Below, one piece after another: positions 26,684 through 35,514 of a stretch of DNA of 64,000 bases (position 1 is its first letter; each line of letters begins with the position of its first letter). The notes beneath the pieces are model-generated. The model ran no database searches, was not told the DNA's origin, and saw only the letters and a list, made by a program, of their open reading frames with translations. The position numbers and the translations under genes were made by a program. Source of the DNA: Pyrinomonadaceae bacterium (GTDB lineage Bacteria > Acidobacteriota > Blastocatellia > Pyrinomonadales > Pyrinomonadaceae); assembly GCA_035273425.1 (NCBI GenBank), contig DATEPB010000058.1:44590-108589 (forward strand). Direction: 5' to 3'.

Positions 26684-28123
26684 ATGTCGACTACGCTAGC
26701 TACCAAGAGTCCTGCCTGGACCATCTCTGATTACCTCGAAGTTCATGAGGGACAACTGAATATTAACGGCGCGAACGCGTCCGAACTCGTGCAAAAGTAC
26801 GACTCGCCGCTGTTCGTATTCTCCGAACCACGCATCAAGTCAAACATCCGGCGCCTGACCAGCGCTGCCCGATCCGTCGATCACCCCATTCGTTTTTTTT
26901 ACGCGTCAAAAGCTAATTCAAACATGGCTGTCCTTAAGACGGTCCTCGAATGTGGCATCGATGTTGAAGTTAATAGCGGCGGTGAACTCTTCAAAGCTCT
27001 GCGCATCGGGTTCCGACCCGATCAGATCATCTTCAATGGAACCAGCAAGAGCGCTGGTGAGCTTGACGATGCAGTGAGAGCAGGCATCTATGCAATCAAC
27101 GTTGATTCCATCTACGAAATCGGCCTCGTCGAGGAAGCAGTTAAGCGGGTAGCCGCGGCAGACGGCACTAGCATGAAGCCTGCGCGCATCGTGCTGCGTC
27201 TCGTCCCTGAAATTGGAACCAGATCGCATTTGGGATTACAAACAGCTCTGCTCACTTCGAAGTTTGGAATTTCGTCTTCGGAGGTGCTCGACGCCTTTCG
27301 CCGAGGCTTACAAAACAGAGATCTGATCCACGTCTGCGGCATTCATATTCACGTGGGCTCGCAGACACCTGATGTAGAGCCCTTCGCCGAAGCCTTTCGC
27401 AGCATGTGGGAACACCTGGTCACGATTCACCGCGAAACTGGTCACACGCTCGAACACATCAACCTCGGCGGCGGAATTCCCGTCAACTACCTGCGCGATC
27501 GATCACAGGCTGATCAGCTTCCCGAACATGAACGCGATATGTTGGGAGCCGATCTTGAACCCCAGGTCGTCCTGACCGAGGCCCTGCGAGTGGCGCGTGA
27601 GTCGGCCCGCGAAGCTCAGGCTGAGCATCTCCTGGATCAGACAACTCTCTTGCTGGAACCCGGTCGCAGCGTTATCGCTGACGCCGGGTTGGTGTTGACG
27701 ACTGTGCTCAATATCAAAACTCGTCCAGAGACGGGAGACGTGTGGCTGTTAACGGATGCGGGCTACAACATCATGTTGTCGATGAACAATTATAAGTGGT
27801 ACTACCACCTCGTCTCAGCGAGTCGCGCGGGAGATCCACACGCCAGCGATTACAAAGTGGCTGGACCATTATGTGATTCAGGTGACGTCTATTTTGATAT
27901 CGAGCGCCAGGGGCGTTTGCCTGACTACCGGAAACTGCCTGCGAACGTTCAGCCTGGCGAAGTGCTGGCATTACTGAATTCGGGCGCATACTCGCTGGCG
28001 CAAATGTTTCACTACAACGGTCGACCGTTACCGGCAGCGGTCATGGTTAAAGACGGCGGCACAGTTGATCTGATCCGTCGACGAGATACTTACGACGACT
28101 TGCTAACCAACGACGTCTGGTAA
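26684..28123 (+). CDS. Orn/DAP/Arg-type (fold III) PLP decarboxylase
   Basis: FYASKANSN (PLP lysine), GGGIPV and AGPLCDSGD motifs. The start was set at ATG 26684. Confidence 0.8.
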   Translation: MSTTLATKSPAWTISDYLEVHEGQLNINGANASELVQKYDSPLFVFSEPRIKSNIRRLTSAARSVDHPIRFFYASKANSNMAVLKTVLECGIDVEVNSGGELFKALRIGFRPDQIIFNGTSKSAGELDDAVRAGIYAINVDSIYEIGLVEEAVKRVAAADGTSMKPARIVLRLVPEIGTRSHLGLQTALLTSKFGISSSEVLDAFRRGLQNRDLIHVCGIHIHVGSQTPDVEPFAEAFRSMWEHLVTIHRETGHTLEHINLGGGIPVNYLRDRSQADQLPEHERDMLGADLEPQVVLTEALRVARESAREAQAEHLLDQTTLLLEPGRSVIADAGLVLTTVLNIKTRPETGDVWLLTDAGYNIMLSMNNYKWYYHLVSASRAGDPHASDYKVAGPLCDSGDVYFDIERQGRLPDYRKLPANVQPGEVLALLNSGAYSLAQMFHYNGRPLPAAVMVKDGGTVDLIRRRDTYDDLLTNDVW

Positions 28124-28129
28124 CTGTTA

Positions 28130-28659
28130 GTCCACTGTCCAAAGTCCAAGGTCCAAGGTCGCTAAGATAACCACCCTTTGGAGTGGCCGCGTGACCGCTA
28201 ATATTCACCCTCATTAGTCCTTGGAGGTGAATCATGAGAATTGAACGATTTGAGGATTTGGAATCGTGGAAGAAAGCAAGAGAATTAACCAACAGGATTT
28301 ACGATACAACCCGCGGTGACTATTTCAGCAGGGACTTTGTTCTGAAAAACCAAATTCGGCGAGCTTCGATCTCAATCGTCTCCAACATTGCCGAAGGGTT
28401 TGAACGATGTGGAGACAAGGAATTCCTTCAATTTCTCGCAGTAGCGAAAGGGTCATGCGGCGAAGTTCGGGCGCAACTCTACATAGCGGTGGATCAAGGG
28501 TATCTCTCTCAAGACGTGTTCGAGAATTTGTCTTTGATTGCAAATGAGATTGGCCGACTGATCTCTGGGCTAATGAAATATCTTCGTAATTCGGAGTTCA
28601 GAGGAAATAAATATCGTTAGTCAGGCCAAACTTTGGACATTGGACTTTGGACATTGGAC
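28130..28659. repeat. Heptamer-array inverted-repeat cassette (GTCCAAG unit) enclosing a four-helix-bundle ORF
   Basis: Left arm GTCCACT GTCCAAA GTCCAAG GTCCAAG (28130-28157). Right arm TTTGGAC ATTGGAC TTTGGAC ATTGGAC (28632-28659). Confidence 0.75.
28234..28620 (+). CDS. Four-helix-bundle protein (23S rRNA intervening-sequence protein / Avd-like family)
   Basis: FEDLESWKKARELTNRIY...NQIRRASISIVSNIAEG...FLQFLAVAKGSCGEVRAQL is the hallmark pattern of this family. Confidence 0.85.
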   Translation: MRIERFEDLESWKKARELTNRIYDTTRGDYFSRDFVLKNQIRRASISIVSNIAEGFERCGDKEFLQFLAVAKGSCGEVRAQLYIAVDQGYLSQDVFENLSLIANEIGRLISGLMKYLRNSEFRGNKYR

Positions 28660-28672
28660 TCTTTAAAAGAAC

Positions 28673-30085
28673 ATGAGCACAAAACATCATGAGCTGGTTC
28701 GCGGTCTTGGCCCAATCGCTGCGATTTCCATTAACGTCGGCAACATCATAGGCACCGGCATCTTTCTCAAAGCGCGGGTGATGACCTGCAATGTCGGTAC
28801 ACCTACGCGCGTGATACTGGCCTGGGTTGCTGCCGGTTTGTTAGCACTAGCCGGCGCCCTCACTTATGCAGAGTTAACTACCATGCGGCCGCACGCTGGT
28901 GCTGAGTATGTGATCACCAAGGACGCCTATGGCCGGGTCTGGGGTTTCTTGAATGGCTGGTCACAGTTTCTGATCTCACGCACCGCTTCCGCTGCAGCTC
29001 TTGCCGTTGGGTTTGCAATCTTCATGAACGATCTGATGGGCGGCAATCTTAAATCTGCCGCGTATGCCAGTTTCACGATGCCTCTGTTCGGTCATACCGT
29101 CGAGTTGAACAGCTTAACCATAATCGCCTTGATCACGATCGCAGTTACCACGCTCATCAATTGTGCCGCAGTAAGTGTCAGCGGACATGTCGCTTCAATT
29201 ATCACAATATTGAAGGTTGTCATTGTCCTTGGCGTCGGCCTCGCTGCGTTCTTCTATCAGGACGGCAGCTGGGGACATTTCAGCATGGCGAGTGAGGCAG
29301 CCTGTAAGGGCGAGGTAACCGGCGGAGGGATGCTTGCCTTCAGCGCCGCGATGGTTGGAGCACTCTGGGCATATGACGGTTGGAACAACATTTCCTATAT
29401 GGCCGGAGAGGTGAAACATCCTGAGCGCAATCTGCCGTTGGCGCTGATTGCCAGCATGCTCATCATCATCGTGCTCTATGTCATCGTGAATGTCAGTTAC
29501 TACTACGTGATGACGCCCACTGAGGTGGCGAGTGTAGACAGTAGCGCCAGCTCGGTTGCGGCTGAGGCAATCAAGAGAGTACTCGGGCCCGCTGCGGTGA
29601 CGATGATGGCAGGTGTCATGATGCTCTCGTCCTGGGGTTCGCTGCAGTCTTCAATTCTGGGCACCGCCCGCATTCCGTATGCGATGGCTCGCGACGGAGT
29701 CTTCTTCCAAAGTCTGGCTCGGGTTTCAAAGAACACAAAAGTGCCGGTGATCTCCCTGGTTGTTCAGGGAGTGTGGGCGGCGGTATTGACACTCTCAGGT
29801 TCATTTGACCAATTGACTGACATGGCGATTTTCGCCTTCTGGCTCTTTTACGGGCTGGTAGCTGCGGCGGTATTTGTTTTTCGGTGGCGAGAACCGAATG
29901 CCGAACGGCCTTACAAAACGTGGGGATATCCGGTAGTGCCCGGTCTGTTTGTGTTGACGACGATCTATCTGATCGTAACTACGATCTACAACTATCCCGT
30001 GAGATCAATCGTTGGCCTCGCAATCATCGCCGCGGGTCTGCCGGTTTACTTTTATTTTGCTTCGAAGAATCCGGAGAGCCAGTAA
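28673..30085 (+). CDS. APC-superfamily amino acid permease
   Basis: 470 aa, about 12 hydrophobic segments, N-terminal IGTGIFL motif. Confidence 0.85.
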   Translation: MSTKHHELVRGLGPIAAISINVGNIIGTGIFLKARVMTCNVGTPTRVILAWVAAGLLALAGALTYAELTTMRPHAGAEYVITKDAYGRVWGFLNGWSQFLISRTASAAALAVGFAIFMNDLMGGNLKSAAYASFTMPLFGHTVELNSLTIIALITIAVTTLINCAAVSVSGHVASIITILKVVIVLGVGLAAFFYQDGSWGHFSMASEAACKGEVTGGGMLAFSAAMVGALWAYDGWNNISYMAGEVKHPERNLPLALIASMLIIIVLYVIVNVSYYYVMTPTEVASVDSSASSVAAEAIKRVLGPAAVTMMAGVMMLSSWGSLQSSILGTARIPYAMARDGVFFQSLARVSKNTKVPVISLVVQGVWAAVLTLSGSFDQLTDMAIFAFWLFYGLVAAAVFVFRWREPNAERPYKTWGYPVVPGLFVLTTIYLIVTTIYNYPVRSIVGLAIIAAGLPVYFYFASKNPESQ

Positions 30086-30228
30086 GCAGTGAGCAGTGAG
30101 CAGTGAGTCTACGAAGGTCCAAGTTGAAGAGTTCTGTACTTGCGGAGCGTGATAGCTGAGAGCGATTTCGTCATGCCGAGCGTTATTACCTACCAACCGC
30201 TCACCGCTCACCGCTCACTGCTCACTGC
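30086..30228. repeat. Heptamer-array inverted repeat (GCAGTGA unit)
   Basis: GCAGTGA x3 (30086-30106) faces TCACCGC TCACCGC TCACTGC TCACTGC (30201-30228). It lies between convergent stops. Confidence 0.75.
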
Positions 30229-30237
30229 TTACCGGCG

Positions 30238-31215
30238 CTAGCGCCGTAGAATCTGCAGCAGGGGTGCCGGTGATCCTTCGCTGGTTGCGAGTATGGCGAG
30301 GCCATCCAACCGGTAGGTAATCGCTTCTCCCTGTTTCCTACTACCCAGATCGATCGTTGCAATAGGCTGTTTCCAAATCGTGCTGAAGGCTGCACTCGAA
30401 CTCTTCAGAACCAATTCATATCCTCTCAAATAATCGCAAAGAACAATCCTGGTTCCGTCAGGGGAAATCGCTCCGTCAGTAATGATCCCGCCAAACATGC
30501 TGGGGATTTCAAGCTCGCCGATGTGACGAAGACTTAGCGTGTCACCGGTCACCGCTGACGGGACCGCTGCCTCATATACATGAGGGTTCCCGAATACCTG
30601 CTTGGTTACAAGATAAACGGTGCCGGTCTTGGGATGGACCAGCAAAGCTTCCGCGTCATGTGATCCGTCGGGATAACGAAGCCGAATCGTGTCGAAGGCT
30701 TCCGTAAACAGCGGTTTCCGTCGTGTGCTTTGCTCGTCGCCTGCTTGCGGGATTGGTTCGGGGACTCGATAAATAATGATGGCTGAACGGCGCTCGCCGT
30801 TATCGCCAATGTCGCCGATGTAGAGATAGGTCCGTTTAGCGTCAGGACCTGGGCCAGCTGCGATCGCTTCCCAATCGCGCGCTTTCACCCCATTAAGTCT
30901 CCAAACCCCACGACTCTTGCCACGTTCATTAAAAGCGTAGAGGAACGGACCATCTCCAGAATCGTTATGCGTCCAATACATGCCAGGAGTTTGACGGGAA
31001 GCGACTAATCCACTGCTCTCCTTAACTGCCAGCTCTTTCAGGCTGGCAATCTTCCTGGGCGAGCCATATGACGCGGAAGCCGAGATGTTTGCCGTGGAGG
31101 GTCTGAACGGCAGAGCTTCTGCGCGACGGCGCAAAATAAACAGCACGGATGCCGAAACCGCCAATGCACAAAGCACCAGCACCAGAATTCTCGTTTTTGG
31201 GCTAATCCTATCCAT
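30238..31215 (-). CDS. Membrane-anchored hypothetical protein, probably beta-propeller-like
   Basis: N-terminal TM helix. WTHNDSGDG and YIGDIGDN motifs resemble SdiA-regulated/phytase-like propeller proteins. Function unknown. Confidence 0.5.
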   Translation of the reverse strand: MDRISPKTRILVLVLCALAVSASVLFILRRRAEALPFRPSTANISASASYGSPRKIASLKELAVKESSGLVASRQTPGMYWTHNDSGDGPFLYAFNERGKSRGVWRLNGVKARDWEAIAAGPGPDAKRTYLYIGDIGDNGERRSAIIIYRVPEPIPQAGDEQSTRRKPLFTEAFDTIRLRYPDGSHDAEALLVHPKTGTVYLVTKQVFGNPHVYEAAVPSAVTGDTLSLRHIGELEIPSMFGGIITDGAISPDGTRIVLCDYLRGYELVLKSSSAAFSTIWKQPIATIDLGSRKQGEAITYRLDGLAILATSEGSPAPLLQILRR

Positions 31216-31300
31216 TACCCGGTTTTGATGATTCTCAACTCCCTGGAGTGCGCCACCTGTGTTAGGTCTAATCCCAGCTCGGCGGCGTCATCATTATCCC

Positions 31301-32854
31301 CTAACTTGCGGCTTGTCCCAACGCTTCTCTCGCCACTTCCTTGTCGTCGAAGTGAAACACTTCGCGACCCAGGATTTGATAGTCTTCGTGGCCTTTCCCG
31401 GCGATCAATACGAGGTCGCTGCTCTTTGCCTGGCCGATCGCCTCATGAATCGCCTCCCGCCGGTCAGCGATTTTACGATATGGCTTACCGGTTTTCTTAA
31501 TCCCGAGCTCAGCATCCGCCAATATTTGCTCCGGATCTTCCGTGCGCGGATTATCCGATGTCAGTATGACCACGTCGCTCAAACTGCCCGCCGCCTCTCC
31601 CATGGGCGCGCGTTTGGAACGGTCGCGGTCACCACCGCATCCGAACACCGTAATGATCTTTCCTTTGGTAACGTCACGTGCGGTACGCAGCACATTCAGC
31701 AAGGCATCGTCGCTGTGCGCGTAATCAACAACGACGGCAAATTCACCGTTGTGCGGAACGCGTTCAAACCTACCTGGTGCGCCCGTGCATTTTTCCAAAG
31801 CCCTCGTGATCACGTCGAGGTCGTATCCAAGCGAGAGGCCGCTCGCTACCGCCGCCAGGGTGTTGTAGATATGCGGTGGTCCAACCAGGGGAGAATGAAA
31901 CTCTCGCGAGCCGGCAGGCGTGACTAGATTAAAGCGCATGCCTTCCAACGAAAACTCAGGATTCTTTGCCATTACCTGAGCTTCCGACTTGACTCCGTAT
32001 CGGACGACTTCCATGCGATCCTTTTCCAACGCTTCCGCCAACTCGAGTCCATATGGATCATCTACATTGATTACTGAAACCCGCGGTTTGGTCCCTAACC
32101 TGCCATCGAACAAACGCTGCTTTGCGTACCAGTAATTCTCCATCGTCTTGTGATAGTCGAGATGGTCGCGCGTCAAGTTCGAAAAAACGGCAACTGAAAA
32201 CTCCAGCATGTCGCAACGATGAAAATCCATTGCCTGTGACGAGCATTCCATAACGCCAGTCTTGCAACCGGCATCATCAACGGCGCGACGTAGCATCCGC
32301 TGCATATCCGTTGCCTCGGGAGTAGTGCGGTCTGCTTTGAAACGTTCCGAGCCAAGTCGATATTCTACGGTGCCGGTCATTACCACAGGTTCGCCGGCAG
32401 CTTCTGGAATCGAAGCGACCAGATAAGCAGTGGTCGTTTTCCCGTTGGTGCCAGTGATGCCCACGAGTTGGAGCTCGCGCGATGGGTGTCGGTGTACTTC
32501 GGCGGCGGCGACGGCCATTGCCCGTCGAATGTTGTCTACTCGGATCCAAGCTGCACTGGCCAGAAACTCAGGCGGTCGATCCTGAACGGAGATAACTCCA
32601 ACGGCACCTCGGTCCACAACCTCATGGATGAACTTATGCGCATCAAACAATTCGCCGCGGACTGCGACGAACAGGGTTCCGGATCTCACCCTACGGGAAT
32701 CATGACTCACATCGGAAACGACTACACTACCGTCGCCAGTAAGCTGTCCGTTTGTTAGTTCGGCAATTTGTTTGAGTGTTACGTCTTTGCTGGTCACGGG
32801 GTTGAATTCTACGGACGTAAACGACGAAAGTACATTGCAGGTTCCGCAACACAT
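31301..32854 (-). CDS. murE: UDP-N-acetylmuramoyl-L-alanyl-D-glutamate--2,6-diaminopimelate ligase
   Basis: GITGTNGKTTT P-loop and TSDNPRTEDP (DNPR, meso-DAP type). The true start is probably downstream of 32854. Confidence 0.85.
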   Translation of the reverse strand: MCCGTCNVLSSFTSVEFNPVTSKDVTLKQIAELTNGQLTGDGSVVVSDVSHDSRRVRSGTLFVAVRGELFDAHKFIHEVVDRGAVGVISVQDRPPEFLASAAWIRVDNIRRAMAVAAAEVHRHPSRELQLVGITGTNGKTTTAYLVASIPEAAGEPVVMTGTVEYRLGSERFKADRTTPEATDMQRMLRRAVDDAGCKTGVMECSSQAMDFHRCDMLEFSVAVFSNLTRDHLDYHKTMENYWYAKQRLFDGRLGTKPRVSVINVDDPYGLELAEALEKDRMEVVRYGVKSEAQVMAKNPEFSLEGMRFNLVTPAGSREFHSPLVGPPHIYNTLAAVASGLSLGYDLDVITRALEKCTGAPGRFERVPHNGEFAVVVDYAHSDDALLNVLRTARDVTKGKIITVFGCGGDRDRSKRAPMGEAAGSLSDVVILTSDNPRTEDPEQILADAELGIKKTGKPYRKIADRREAIHEAIGQAKSSDLVLIAGKGHEDYQILGREVFHFDDKEVAREALGQAAS

Positions 32855-32918
32855 AGCTTACGAGCGGTCTGTAATCTCCAAGCCTGCTTTCCCTGTATGC
32901 CCTCTCGTTTCTCACAAG

Positions 32919-33042
32919 TCGGGAAGGAGCACTTGTGCCCGCTCTTCCTTCAGTTTCTATGACCGGCGGGAAACTGCAGGGGCTTGGTGTGGTCGATAGG
33001 TTGGAGATGGGTGGACGAGCGGGCACAAGTGCTCCTTCCCGA
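32919..33042. repeat. Palindromic repeat (GGAAGGAG..CCCGCTC arm)
   Basis: TCGGGAAGGAGCACTTGTGCCCGCTC (32919-32944) is mirrored at 33017-33042. Confidence 0.75.
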
Positions 33043-33161
33043 CTGAGATAACCCTGACAGGTCTCACAGCTCGAAGGTCATGAGGCAGCTTCTTCACCTT
33101 GCGCTCGACGATCCCAATGATTACGATGCGGCGCTCCGCCAATCCAATCAATGGTGAAAAG

Positions 33162-34859
33162 ATGTTCAGAAGAGTTTCGCTCGCATTGATCTTCGCAACG
33201 ATGCTTCCCTTCTCTCTCGTACCGAATAGCGCAGGCCAAGCCAAGCCCCAATTCGATCTGATCATTAAGAACGGAACCATCATCGATGGCTCGGGCCGCC
33301 CAGGCTATCGGGCCGATCTCGCCATCAAGACCGATCGAATCGTTCGCATTGGTTCAATGAAGAGCGCTCAGGCGACGCGCCTGATCGACGCAACCGGAAT
33401 GATAGTGTCGCCAGGATTCATTGACCTGTTGGGCCAGTCGGAGACGTTTGTGCTGATCGACCCCCGCGCTATGAGCAAAGTGATGATGGGCGTCACGACC
33501 GAAATCACCGGCGAAGGAGAGTCAATTGCGCCAGCTAATGATCGAACCATTAAGGAACAGGAAGACTTCAACCGCCGGTACAACTTAACAGTCGACTGGA
33601 CCACGCTCGATGACTATTTTCTCCGGCTTGAACGACAAGGGAGCGGAGTCAATCTCGGAACATTTGTCGGCGCTACCCAGGTACGCGGCTACGTTATCGG
33701 TTTTGAAAATCGACCGCCGACTGCCGCCGAGTTACAACAGATGAAGGATCTGGTCGCCGCCGCAATGAAGGATGGGGCACTCGGTCTATCGACTTCACTG
33801 CAATACGTTCCAGCTCGTTTCGCGAAGACAGACGAAATCGTCGAGCTCGCTAAGGTCGCACGTCAGCACGGTGGCATCTATGCGACGCATCAGCGCAGCG
33901 AAGCTAACTCGTTGGACTCCTCGCTCGAAGAAGTATTCCAGATCGCACGACAAGCACGAATCCCTGTCGAGATCTGGCATTTGAAAACTGCGTATAAAAA
34001 GAACTGGGGACGAATGCCTGAAGTCCTCGCGAAGATTCAGCGCGCCCGTGCCAGCGGGTTGGACATCACCGCTGACGTTTATCCCTATATCGCGGGAAGT
34101 ACGTCGCTCACGGCTTCTCTTCCGCCATGGGCGCTCGAAGGTGGTATTGAAAAAATGCTTTCCCGCCTGCGTGATCCGAACATTCGGCAGCAATTGAAAA
34201 AAGAGATTCCGGCCGACTCGAAAGAATGGGAGAACATTTATCTCGGCAGCGGCGAAGCTGAAGGTGTGTTGATTAGTTCAGTTGTAAATCGTGAGCTGGA
34301 ACCATTACTGGGAAAACGGCTGTCTCAAATTGCGACCGAACAGAGCAAGGACCCGCTCGATGCGATGTTTGACTTGATCCTGGCTGACAACGGTCAGACT
34401 GGCGCGATCTATTTCATGATGAGTGAGGCAGACCTGCGGGCGGCAATGCGTTCCCCCTTCGTCAATTTTTGTACCGACTCCGGAGCACGTGCGACCGATG
34501 GACCTTTATCGCGAGCCAAGTCTCATCCGCGTGGTTGGGGTAGCTATCCCAGGATTCTAGGGCGCTATGTGCGTGACGAGAAACTGCTGACCTTACCTCA
34601 AGCAATTCACAAGATGACTGGTGGTCCGGCAAAGCGAGTTGGTTTAAAGGAGCGCGGGTTGTTGCGTGAAGGTTTTTTCGCCGACATTGCGATTTTCGAT
34701 CCGAAGAGTGTCATAGACCGCGCCACGTTTGAAATTCCAAACCAATACCCCGACGGTATTAAATTCGTGATTACGAATGGGCAGATCAGTGTGGACGATG
34801 GTAAACGTACTTCGGCTCTCGCTGGTCGACCCCTCCGTGGCCCGGGCTACACCCGATAG
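33162..34859 (+). CDS. N-acyl-D-amino-acid deacylase (D-aminoacylase)-family amidohydrolase, secreted
   Basis: PGFIDLLGQSE, GGIYATHQRSE, VEIWHLK and FCTDSG blocks match the family layout. Signal peptide MFRRVSLALIFATMLPFSLVPNSAGQ. The usual H-x-H is replaced (L-x-Q). Confidence 0.7.
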   Translation: MFRRVSLALIFATMLPFSLVPNSAGQAKPQFDLIIKNGTIIDGSGRPGYRADLAIKTDRIVRIGSMKSAQATRLIDATGMIVSPGFIDLLGQSETFVLIDPRAMSKVMMGVTTEITGEGESIAPANDRTIKEQEDFNRRYNLTVDWTTLDDYFLRLERQGSGVNLGTFVGATQVRGYVIGFENRPPTAAELQQMKDLVAAAMKDGALGLSTSLQYVPARFAKTDEIVELAKVARQHGGIYATHQRSEANSLDSSLEEVFQIARQARIPVEIWHLKTAYKKNWGRMPEVLAKIQRARASGLDITADVYPYIAGSTSLTASLPPWALEGGIEKMLSRLRDPNIRQQLKKEIPADSKEWENIYLGSGEAEGVLISSVVNRELEPLLGKRLSQIATEQSKDPLDAMFDLILADNGQTGAIYFMMSEADLRAAMRSPFVNFCTDSGARATDGPLSRAKSHPRGWGSYPRILGRYVRDEKLLTLPQAIHKMTGGPAKRVGLKERGLLREGFFADIAIFDPKSVIDRATFEIPNQYPDGIKFVITNGQISVDDGKRTSALAGRPLRGPGYTR

Positions 34860-34890
34860 TCAAAAGTCTCGAGTCTAGAATCCAAGATCC

Positions 34891-35039
34891 GCTCCTCACA
34901 GGTCAGGAAGGAGGATTTATCCCCGCTCTGTCCGCGATACAGAACCCGCTGAATAAGTTAAGCCTGCTTAAATGCTCTTGGAGGTTCGGACAGGCGAGGA
35001 AGAGCGGGGATAAATCCTCCTTCCTGACCTGTGAGGAGC
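34891..35039. repeat. Palindromic repeat related to 32919-33042
   Basis: The 39-nt arm GCTCCTCACAGGTCAGGAAGGAGGATTTATCCCCGCTCT is mirrored at 35001-35039. Confidence 0.8.
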
Positions 35040-35100
35040 CTAGGCTTGAACCTGTGGACCTGCCCCTTAGATTTGCTTCAGTTTTGACTTTGGCCACTAC

Positions 35101-35391
35101 TTAAACTGAAGCAGCGATCTTCCGGAAATCTTCTTCGTTCCACGCCTTCATGGTTTCAGTTTGGACGTTGCCCTGCGACCCCAACGTTAAGAGACACTTG
35201 GCAACCGTCTCATCATCAGGTCCCTCAATAACGCAGAGCAGATCGTATCGGCCCATCAGCAGATACGTATCCTTGATTTCAACGCCAAATTCCTTGAATG
35301 CCTTGCGCCCAGAATCTAGACGATTAGGACTATCTTTGACGTTTGATGCGCCCTGCTGTGTGTAACGAAGCAGTGTTATGTAGGTTGGCAT
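35101..35391 (-). CDS. GYD-domain protein
   Basis: 96 aa; MPTYITLLRYTQQG...GRYDLLCVIEGPDDE pattern of the GYD family. Confidence 0.75.
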   Translation of the reverse strand: MPTYITLLRYTQQGASNVKDSPNRLDSGRKAFKEFGVEIKDTYLLMGRYDLLCVIEGPDDETVAKCLLTLGSQGNVQTETMKAWNEEDFRKIAASV

Positions 35392-35411
35392 TTCGCTCTC
35401 CTTTCAAATTA

Positions 35412-35509
35412 GTCCAAGGTCCAAGGTCCAATGTCCTTCCTATGGGAGCGGTCCCGTAAACCCAGGCTCCCAAAATTCAATCTAAGTAAGAGGACTTTGG
35501 ACTTTGGAC
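35412..35509. repeat. Heptamer-array inverted repeat (GTCCAAG unit), no enclosed ORF
   Basis: GTCCAAG GTCCAAG GTCCAAT (35412-35432) faces GGAC TTTGGAC TTTGGAC (35492-35509). Confidence 0.75.
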
Positions 35510-35514
35510 CAAGC

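Noticed and set aside
28130-28659. Heptamer arrays considered as CRISPR-like arrays
   Set aside because: The units are 7 nt and directly abutting with no spacers. The arrays occur as inverted pairs. No cas genes were seen in the window.
31259-31927. 222-aa plus-strand ORF
   Set aside because: It lies entirely antisense to murE, whose translation carries clear Mur ligase motifs. It is a typical shadow ORF with no motifs of its own.
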